IMG/VR virus record: IMGVR_UViG_3300025880_000042
DNA length: 34,816 bases
Origin: a virus
Direction: 5' to 3' (one strand)
Below the pieces are notes generated by a model, which saw nothing but the letters and a program-made list of their open reading frames with translations, searched no databases and was not told where the DNA came from. Below, one piece after another: positions 18,401 through 24,635 of this stretch (its first letter is position 1; each line of letters starts with the position of its first letter). Both the position numbers and the translations under genes were made by a program.

Positions 18401-18927
18401 ACAACCGCTCCTAAAGCAACATTTACAGGGGCATCTTTCATTATCTCTGCATACTTATCAGATCCTTCATAGTCCTCTATCACATAGAAACCTTTTTTAC
18501 CTGCAACAATAGGTCTATATAGCACGGCTAAAGCCTTGTGCATGTTCTGCCAATCCCCAATGTATTTCTCTACATCAATATACTCACCAAAGCTCATTTC
18601 ATCTAACTTAGGTATAAAGCCAAACTCTGCAGACACACCATCACTACCTGTCATGGTAAATCTCTGAACTAAAGGGGTATCCTCGTTAAAACACTCAGCT
18701 ACTTGTGCTATCACACTCTCAAACATAGATACAGGTAAACCATAACTATCCTTCAAAGTAAGATCACAGAATATCTCTAAAGACTTTAGATTTAAGAACT
18801 CTAATGCTTCAGGTGTCTCCTTATCTTCTATCCCATCTAATATCTTCAAATACTTCTGATACTGATGCAACTTGATAGCCTCTAAAGCCTGTGGCACTTT
18901 TACTTCTAAATCAACTACATTGCTCAT
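18199..18927 (-). CDS. Tail assembly chaperone-like protein (0-frame product)
   Basis: 242-aa ORF. MSFGEYIDVEKYIGDWQNMHKALAVLYRPI resembles tail assembly chaperone families. It carries the slippery T9 run. The 0-frame stop leaves an atypical 73-nt gap to the next gene. Confidence 0.45.
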   Translation of the reverse strand: MSNVVDLEVKVPQALEAIKLHQYQKYLKILDGIEDKETPEALEFLNLKSLEIFCDLTLKDSYGLPVSMFESVIAQVAECFNEDTPLVQRFTMTGSDGVSAEFGFIPKLDEMSFGEYIDVEKYIGDWQNMHKALAVLYRPIVAGKKGFYVIEDYEGSDKYAEIMKDAPVNVALGAVVFFYRLGKKLSGYMMDYLQHQVDKQVKLQPQNKDLERSGDGIKVFTDLHREMSEGFQKLPSFHYSNA

Positions 18928-19376
18928 ATAATAATCTCTATATATAGTATAACTAAAATCTATAATTATGTATCACTTATGAATAAACTATAAATTTTAT
19001 TTATGGTTAATTAAACAAATATAATAAAATAATATGACAATAGAGTGGTTTATGCTTGTACAAATTCCTGTTTTTTAGTTATCTTAGTATAGCAGTTGGA
19101 AATCTGTATAAGTTCCCAAACTTGTGTCATAAATGTTAGGCACTTGGATCAAGTAAACCTTGCTTAGGAATTGCGGTATTAGAACAATCTACTTTTATAT
19201 CTTTTGATGCACCCCAATACCATTCAACCTAACCATTCATTCAGCCATACAGTCTATTGGCACAGACACATATTAAAGATATTAAGGGGGTGCTTACATC
19301 TTCTTTCCATTTAATTCTATCAAGTCACCTCACTTGTACTTCCCTTAGAGAGTTACAACTAAGGTTACCAAAAGTT

Positions 19377-19457
19377 ATTGAATTCATAGAATCGGGTTAA
19401 TACACATACTAATCTTTCGTTTTACATTGAATTCATAGAATTGAGATAATACACATA
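19377..19457. repeat. Two 32-bp direct repeats (iteron-like), 49-bp period
   Basis: 19377-19408 is ATTGAATTCATAGAATCGGGTTAATACACATA and 19426-19457 is ATTGAATTCATAGAATTGAGATAATACACATA, a 29/32 match. Each has a TGAATTCA palindrome and ends in TAATACACA. Confidence 0.9.
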
Positions 19458-19525
19458 GAATATATTTATATTACGATCATTTAGCATAAGTAAACCTTAT
19501 ACTTAATCTAAGGCTATTTAGAGCG

Positions 19526-19561
19526 TGTTTAAGAGTGTTTAGAGTGTGGATAGTGTTAAGG
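19526..19561. repeat. Four tandem degenerate 8-10-mers including a DnaA-box-like 9-mer
   Basis: TGTTTAAGAG / TGTTTAGAG / TGTGGATAG / TGTTAAGG. TGTGGATAG (19545-19553) matches the complement of the DnaA box TTATCCACA at 8 of 9 positions. Confidence 0.7.
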
Positions 19562-19654
19562 TATTATTAATTTGTAATGGTTTGTTACCCCTATCCTATC
19601 TACTATATATGTAAACCAATAACCTACAAAAAAAGGCTATTAAAAACAAGGCAT

Positions 19655-19678
19655 AAAAAAACCCCCAATTAAGGAGGT
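19655..19678 (-). terminator. Rho-independent terminator closing the small-ORF island
   Basis: Minus strand reads ACCUCC-UUAAUU-GGGGGU (6-bp stem with one G-U pair) followed by U7, located 29 nt after the stop of ORF 19707..19931. Confidence 0.6.
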
Positions 19679-19706
19679 TTAAGACTGTTTAAATTGTAGG
19701 TATAAA

Positions 19707-19931
19707 TTAGGGGTTAATATATTTTAAAATTGTACCTATGTTTTCTAATTGCTCTTGATCTATGCTGAAATAGTTTGTTTTATTGCCATGCTCGTCACGA
19801 ATACAAAAGGAAAACCTTTGCTCTGTTCTTGCTAACCTATTGAATTGACTTTCTATATAATTATAGTTTAATAACCATTTGTCATTTTGTGTGTTTGTTT
19901 TCATGTCTTTAGTCTTTTTTAATGTGAACAT
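19707..19931 (-). CDS. Hypothetical small protein (accessory island)
   Basis: 74-aa ORF. An alternative ATG at 19904 would remove the 23-nt overlap with the upstream gene. Confidence 0.5.
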   Translation of the reverse strand: MFTLKKTKDMKTNTQNDKWLLNYNYIESQFNRLARTEQRFSFCIRDEHGNKTNYFSIDQEQLENIGTILKYINP

Positions 19932-20103
19932 CTATATAAATACCGTTAAGGTTTATATGTTCTATTTTGTAGCTCTTTATAAATGTTTTTTGATTTTTCC
20001 ACAGGCTTAATTTATCGGTTATTAATTCTAAGAAAAAAGAGTGTTGTTCATTTGTTGTTTGATTGTAAAATTCAATTACTTGTGTGTGTTGTTCGGGTGT
20101 CAT
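19909..20103 (-). CDS. Hypothetical small protein (accessory island)
   Basis: 64-aa ORF starting 1 nt after the upstream stop. Confidence 0.5.
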   Translation of the reverse strand: MTPEQHTQVIEFYNQTTNEQHSFFLELITDKLSLWKNQKTFIKSYKIEHINLNGIYIDVHIKKD

Positions 20104-20104
20104 A

Positions 20105-20335
20105 TTATTTCAATTTGTTTATATCTGTTAATACTTGATCGCTATAAATATCTTTGTAAGAATTAAACATTTGCTCAAACATTTCATGCAATGTGTTTTC
20201 ATTATTTGTGCGAGCATTAAAATTTTTTATGCGTTTCACTTTGTCTAAATTGTGTTTAAATTGTTTTTGTTTCATGATCTTTTTTGTTTTAATATATGTC
20301 CCCATTTTCTGTAAATTCATAACCATTGATGTCAC
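20105..20335 (-). CDS. Hypothetical small basic protein (accessory island)
   Basis: 76-aa Lys-rich ORF. A downstream ATG (for example at 20305 or 20275) would reduce the 47-nt overlap. Confidence 0.45.
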   Translation of the reverse strand: MTSMVMNLQKMGTYIKTKKIMKQKQFKHNLDKVKRIKNFNARTNNENTLHEMFEQMFNSYKDIYSDQVLTDINKLK

Positions 20336-20510
20336 AATGTTCTTTTATGTCGCATTCCTCCATGTCAATAAAGTAATGATATTTCATTTCCCCGCTTTCT
20401 GTTTCATATTCCAAAGGGTTAAAATCTAACCAATAAACAACATTTTCTTTTGCTTCTTTACTTAATTCATCAAATGAATAAATATTAATTGTTTTTGTCT
20501 CTTGTCTCAT
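20289..20510 (-). CDS. Hypothetical small, strongly acidic protein (accessory island)
   Basis: 73-aa ORF. By my count, roughly a quarter of residues are Asp/Glu. C-terminus is NGYEFTENGDIY. Confidence 0.5.
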   Translation of the reverse strand: MRQETKTINIYSFDELSKEAKENVVYWLDFNPLEYETESGEMKYHYFIDMEECDIKEHCDINGYEFTENGDIY

Positions 20511-20521
20511 GATATTTTATT

Positions 20522-20716
20522 TTATAATTCGTTTTTAATTGTAGGCAAGCAACCCATTAACCCGCCCTGATTCATATATTGGGTCCTGTGTTTTACTAAA
20601 TCATTTGTTAAGATGTACGAATTATCAGGCATTAAAATGATAAAGTCTTTTTTGCTTTTGCTTATTGAAAACCTTTGCTTAATTGGTAAGGCTTTTATTT
20701 TACTTATTAATGTCAT
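20522..20716 (-). CDS. Hypothetical small protein (accessory island)
   Basis: 64-aa ORF, tightly packed. Confidence 0.5.
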   Translation of the reverse strand: MTLISKIKALPIKQRFSISKSKKDFIILMPDNSYILTNDLVKHRTQYMNQGGLMGCLPTIKNEL

Positions 20717-20720
20717 GGTG

Positions 20721-21557
20721 TTATAATTTTATTAATTGTTTACCTATTGTATCAACCTCTTTTAATGGTATGTTGTGGCATCCTATTTTAAGTATATTGT
20801 CTTTTATTCCTATAACTGTGTAATAATCCAATTTAAAGCCTTTTATATCTTTACCCGCCTCAATTAGTTTATACAATACCTTTGCCTTTTTAACCTCTAT
20901 TCTAACACCTCCCGAGGTCTCAACGCTTGCACTATCTTTTGACAATCTTAAAAGACTGTTTTTAATTCCATGCAAATACATTTTATCATGGTTTCGCCAA
21001 AGTTTTATGTTTTCTTTATTCCTTTCGTATTGTCTTTTTTCTTTTGCCTTAACCATTTCGGCAACCTCTGAAAGTATTTTGTCTTTGTCTGTTTCAAGCC
21101 TTTGTACTATTTTCTTTATTTGCTTATATTCCTTTAGCTTAGAAACTTTTGTTTTTGTCTTTGTATATATTAGGTATTCATTTAGCCTTTCAAATAAGTA
21201 TAAAATTCTTTTTAAATACACCGCTTTATTTGTCCTTGCTTTGGGTATTTTTGGAAGTGTTGCGTTTATTTCGGCATGCACTAAAAAAAGGTCTGTTTCT
21301 GTTTTATTAAATCTTTTATATTGGGTTGTTGCATCTACTAAGGAATAAATATGTTTCGAGGTTGTAACGCTATACCCTTTGTCATTTATTAAAATAGTGT
21401 CTTTGTCTATAAATTCACCTAATAAATAATGGTAGCCATAAGAGTAAATTTTTGTACCCTCAAAAAATATGCTCCCGCTTTGGTTCCTACCCTCGCTTTG
21501 TGTTTGTTGGGCGTAAACATGTATTACCTCTTCTGTGTTTCTTAAAACTTTTCTCAT
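20721..21557 (-). CDS. Hypothetical protein (largest gene of the accessory island)
   Basis: 278-aa ORF. The N-terminus is VIHVYAQQTQSEGRNQSGSIFFEGTKIYSYGYHY, followed by a Lys/Glu-rich helical middle and the C-terminus KIGCHNIPLKEVDTIG. No function recognised. Confidence 0.55.
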   Translation of the reverse strand: MRKVLRNTEEVIHVYAQQTQSEGRNQSGSIFFEGTKIYSYGYHYLLGEFIDKDTILINDKGYSVTTSKHIYSLVDATTQYKRFNKTETDLFLVHAEINATLPKIPKARTNKAVYLKRILYLFERLNEYLIYTKTKTKVSKLKEYKQIKKIVQRLETDKDKILSEVAEMVKAKEKRQYERNKENIKLWRNHDKMYLHGIKNSLLRLSKDSASVETSGGVRIEVKKAKVLYKLIEAGKDIKGFKLDYYTVIGIKDNILKIGCHNIPLKEVDTIGKQLIKL

Positions 21558-21561
21558 GATA

Positions 21562-21753
21562 TTAAATATTAAAGTTAGTATATAATTTACTGAAAGCTAA
21601 AATTGTGCAAGCTCCAAAGATTCCAAAGGTCATATCATTTAAAGGTAAGTTAAAACCTAAGGTTAAAAATAAACCCGCAGTTAATACAATTAATGTATAA
21701 ATAAATAAAGCGGTTAAAAATGTAGCTGTTAAAATGTTGGATAATGTTTTCAT
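21562..21753 (-). CDS. Small two-TM membrane protein (first gene of the island)
   Basis: 63-aa ORF, almost entirely hydrophobic (two helices). Confidence 0.5.
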   Translation of the reverse strand: MKTLSNILTATFLTALFIYTLIVLTAGLFLTLGFNLPLNDMTFGIFGACTILAFSKLYTNFNI

Positions 21754-21785
21754 GGTGTTTTTTGTTTTAATGATTAATTACATTT

Positions 21786-21816
21786 CAAATGTACACCCTT
21801 TTTTTAAATAAACAAT
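21786..21816 (-). promoter_or_regulatory. Candidate Bacteroidota-type promoter for the small-ORF island
   Basis: Minus strand reads ATTG-N19-TACATTTG, compared with the consensus TTTG-N19-21-TAnnTTTG. The box ends 32 nt upstream of the ATG at 21753. Confidence 0.4.
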
Positions 21817-21964
21817 ACCATGCAAGAAAAAAACACACTTTTTTTTCACTTTTAACACTTTTTTAAGTTAAACCTTTGTTTTATCATGGTTTACATCTTT
21901 TCAAATACTTATATAATGAATCCCGCACACGCAAATACACCTTTATTTGAATTGTGCAAGCATT

Positions 21965-22011
21965 TTAACATTTATTTAACATTTGTAGGAAAATGGCTAC
22001 ATGTAGGAAAA
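21965..22011. promoter_or_regulatory. Cluster of short repeats and a 10-bp palindrome (operator-like)
   Basis: TTAACATTT occurs twice (21965 and 21976). TGTAGGAAAA occurs twice (21984 and 22002). There is a perfect palindrome CTACATGTAG at 21997-22006. Confidence 0.45.
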
Positions 22012-22034
22012 ATAACACAAGGGGCTAAGACCCC

Positions 22035-22128
22035 TACTATGTTTAAGAAGATGGTTGACCCCCTACTATGTTTAAGAGGATAGTAAACACCCTACTATGT
22101 TTAAGAAAAAACCCCTACTCGGTTTAAG
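22035..22128. repeat. Four same-orientation copies of the 13-mer TACTATGTTTAAG
   Basis: Copies start at 22035, 22064 and 22093 (all exact, each preceded by CCC) and at 22116 (TACTCGGTTTAAG). Spacing is 29/29/23 bp. Confidence 0.95.
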
Positions 22129-22136
22129 AGTAAGGG
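22106..22136 (-). terminator. Rho-independent terminator after the large terminase gene
   Basis: Minus strand reads CCCUUACUC-UUAAACC-GAGUAGGGG (9-bp stem with one G-U pair) followed by U6. The loop and 3' arm are the fourth 13-mer copy. Confidence 0.6.
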
Positions 22137-22178
22137 AAATAAAAAAAAATATTTTTACTGCCGTAGCAAAAAAAAAAA

Positions 22179-23399
22179 TTATCTAACTACATACTTTCCT
22201 GAATTAACTCCTTGCACTAAATATTGTAAAGAATATCTACAGGCATCCAAGAAGTGATTCCATTTGTCTATTGGCTTAGAGTTCTTATCCTGCCAAGTAT
22301 AGTTGTTAAGCTCTCTAATAACACCATGAGATTCTCTATCAACTATTATCTCAAAGTCTTGCATCAAGGCAATACCACTTAAAATACTCCCTTGTCTTTT
22401 GATAGTTGGTTTAACATTGACTCCTTTGCGTTTCATCTCGTTTATAAGTCTTGGTTCAGAGTTATCACAAATGATCAGGTCCATGCCGCACTCCATCTTA
22501 TTCCTTGTAGCTATCTCATCTGTGCTTAGACTCGGTTTACCATAAATCTCTTTAACCCACATCTTTCTACCTTCTTTATCTACAGAAATCTTTACAAGAG
22601 TTGTTAAATCGGTTGCGAACCCAAAATCCTGCCCATAACATGTATGCTCGGTCTGTAAGTACTCACCTACTCTCCAATTCTTAAAGATTGTTCCCTCTGC
22701 CTTAGCTAACCATCCCCCAAGGATCTGATGTTGGTATTTGTCAGGTCTTCTCTTCTTCATGTCCATTACCTGCACTAAGAAAGAGTCTGATAGGTTATCT
22801 TTATTATCTCTGTAGTCTGTGTGTATGTAAGTTATATCATTGTTAGAACCATTATAAGCATCTATAACACCATAAGACTGAAAGAATCTTTGGTATATCC
22901 AATGCTCTTTAGTTGTGGGGTTTAATATCAGAATACACCTGTTCTGTTTAGTCTGACTCCTTACAGAGAAGTCTATCTTATCAAAGACTGACTCATCTAT
23001 AAGCTCTTCTGCCTCATCTAATACAAAGGTTGTAACTCCGTTTAAAGACTTTAAAGCAGCAGTTTGATTACCCGATGATGTTCTAATACCCTTAAATATT
23101 ATAGAGCTTCCTGTAGTTAGATTTATGATCTCATCTTTAGTTATCCTAAAGTCTTCTGATACACCCATCATATCTATCTTCTCTATAAATTCAGGGATAA
23201 TAGAAGTCTGTGCGGAGATCATGGTATATCTTGTAAACAATACCTTATGACCTTCTTCATAGGTTAAGTTAAGTAAGAAAACGGCTACACCAAATGATTT
23301 ACCTGATCCTCGACCACCTGTAACTACAAAGTACCTACTTGGACTCTGCCATAGTGGTATATATTTCTCATGTATCTTTACCTCTTGTTTACTACTCAT
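22179..23399 (-). CDS. terL: Terminase large subunit (PBSX/XtmB-like family)
   Basis: 406-aa ORF. It has a Walker A motif (VVTGGRGSGKSF), a Walker B-like motif (TFVLDEAEE) and a C-terminal nuclease-like region, with the overall pattern of Terminase_3/PBSX-type large subunits. Confidence 0.85.
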   Translation of the reverse strand: MSSKQEVKIHEKYIPLWQSPSRYFVVTGGRGSGKSFGVAVFLLNLTYEEGHKVLFTRYTMISAQTSIIPEFIEKIDMMGVSEDFRITKDEIINLTTGSSIIFKGIRTSSGNQTAALKSLNGVTTFVLDEAEELIDESVFDKIDFSVRSQTKQNRCILILNPTTKEHWIYQRFFQSYGVIDAYNGSNNDITYIHTDYRDNKDNLSDSFLVQVMDMKKRRPDKYQHQILGGWLAKAEGTIFKNWRVGEYLQTEHTCYGQDFGFATDLTTLVKISVDKEGRKMWVKEIYGKPSLSTDEIATRNKMECGMDLIICDNSEPRLINEMKRKGVNVKPTIKRQGSILSGIALMQDFEIIVDRESHGVIRELNNYTWQDKNSKPIDKWNHFLDACRYSLQYLVQGVNSGKYVVR

Positions 23400-23820
23400 C
23401 GCTTTCTTCGTGGTCTATATCTATTGTGTTATCTATCTCTTTTTGTTCAGGAGCATTGTTATAGAAATTAATAACAGGTGCTTTAGTAGCCGCTACATTG
23501 TTTCCTTTCTCCTTGTCTATAGGTTTACCATACTTATACTGCCAAAGTAGGTTTAGGTGAGCGAATGATCCTTCCTTAGCCTTCTCTGCTAATGTCTCCC
23601 AAGCTTCAGACTCAGAACCAAACACTTTTTTCATAGCTTTTAAAGCATAGGTGGAAGCTCTATCCTTCTTTGCATTATTTATTTGTGCAGGTGTCATAGC
23701 TTTAGCTTTCTTAACAATCTCTCTTGTCTCTTGCTTAGATTGTTTCCTACTATTATTCTTCCTACCATCGGTAGACTTCTGATTCTTCATTGCTAAGGGG
23801 TTTTTTCTTGGTTTTGGCAT
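23392..23820 (-). CDS. Putative terminase small subunit
   Basis: 142-aa ORF that is basic at the N-terminus and acidic at the C-terminus. It overlaps the terL start by 8 nt. The call is mainly positional. Confidence 0.4.
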   Translation of the reverse strand: MPKPRKNPLAMKNQKSTDGRKNNSRKQSKQETREIVKKAKAMTPAQINNAKKDRASTYALKAMKKVFGSESEAWETLAEKAKEGSFAHLNLLWQYKYGKPIDKEKGNNVAATKAPVINFYNNAPEQKEIDNTIDIDHEESDE

Positions 23821-24056
23821 GATTTATTCATTATTTTAACACAAAGCTCATAAAAAGCCTTCCAAAGTGTGGAATCTTTGTATTCTTCATTCAAAATAGC
23901 GTGTTTATGCCCAAGTTCCATGTGAATTTGATAATTTCCACTCATAGGAGACAATTCTACAGGATAAATGACATAATTATTCCTCATGCACCATAAATGA
24001 GCTTCTGTTTCTTCTAATGAAGGCACATAAGTTGGTTTTCTGATCTTTTTAGGCAT
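23793..24056 (-). CDS. Hypothetical protein
   Basis: 87-aa ORF abutting the upstream gene. Confidence 0.45.
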   Translation of the reverse strand: MPKKIRKPTYVPSLEETEAHLWCMRNNYVIYPVELSPMSGNYQIHMELGHKHAILNEEYKDSTLWKAFYELCVKIMNKSCQNQEKTP

Positions 24057-24635
24057 CTACAACATCTTTACCATTGCGTTTAACCTCTCAACCACTATAG
24101 GTAACTTGTTTTCAGGTATTTTGTTCACAATATCCCCTAAAACATTAGCTACCTTAGTTGATTCCTGTAACATTTGCAGTTCTGCAGTTGTTTCACGAAG
24201 CTCTTCCTTAAGTTTGGTGTTCTCATAATGTAAAACAGACTCCTTCATAGCTATGGAATCAACACCCTCCTCCTGTTGCTGCTTTAACTCTAACATCTCT
24301 ACATATCTAACGGCATAATCATCAAATGACTCCAATCCTCTTTTGTAAACTCGATTATGTTTATTGTAGAACTCGTGATTGTTATTAATGCTATGTAAAA
24401 CAGTAGAATGATCCTTATTTAGTAAAGCACCTATCTCTGAAAGAGGTGTAGAAGTGTAGGTCCTACTGAGGTAGTAATACATAGTCCTTGCTTTCACATA
24501 CTCATCTTTCCTTGTATTTCTATCTATGTTAAAACCATAATACCTATCTACAAATTGCTTGATCTTCTCTAATCTAATCTTGTTATGTAACTTATCTAAT
24601 AAATCTTGCTTCGCTTCTTTAACTGTCTTTGTCAT
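24057..24635 (-). CDS. DnaA domain IV-like HTH DNA-binding protein with a coiled-coil C-terminus
   Basis: 192-aa ORF. KARTMYYYLSRTYTSTPLSEIGALLNKDHSTVLHSINN matches the DnaA C-terminal DNA-binding signature (aR.iamyl.r.lt..sl.eIG..f..rdHsTVlha). Confidence 0.65.
   Translation of the reverse strand: MTKTVKEAKQDLLDKLHNKIRLEKIKQFVDRYYGFNIDRNTRKDEYVKARTMYYYLSRTYTSTPLSEIGALLNKDHSTVLHSINNNHEFYNKHNRVYKRGLESFDDYAVRYVEMLELKQQQEEGVDSIAMKESVLHYENTKLKEELRETTAELQMLQESTKVANVLGDIVNKIPENKLPIVVERLNAMVKML

Larger units (their letters stand above)
18928..19706. other. 779-bp ORF-free region (candidate replication origin, late regulatory region or structured RNA)
   Basis: The longest minus-strand ORF I found is about 18 codons. 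The region contains iterons, short tandem repeats, DnaA-box-like 9-mers and GC-rich complementary segments. Confidence 0.6.

Noticed and set aside
19080-19160. tRNA-like fragment (GTATAGCAGTTGG resembles a D-arm) inside the ORF-free region.
   Set aside because: On neither strand could I build an acceptor stem, an anticodon arm or a GTTCRA-type T-loop.
21886-22083. Plus-strand 65-aa ORF with repeated peptide segments (PTMFKK... PLLCLRG).
   Set aside because: The peptide repetition is simply the 13-mer DNA array read in shifting frames. The ORF sits in a regulatory gap, and it is the DNA repeat rather than a protein that is repeated exactly.
22035-22128. Possibility that the regularly spaced repeats are a mini-CRISPR array.
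   Set aside because: The repeat core is only 13-17 nt and the 'spacers' are 10-16 nt, far below CRISPR dimensions. There is no repeat palindromicity typical of CRISPR and no cas genes. The same motif also occurs as spacer-less tandems elsewhere.
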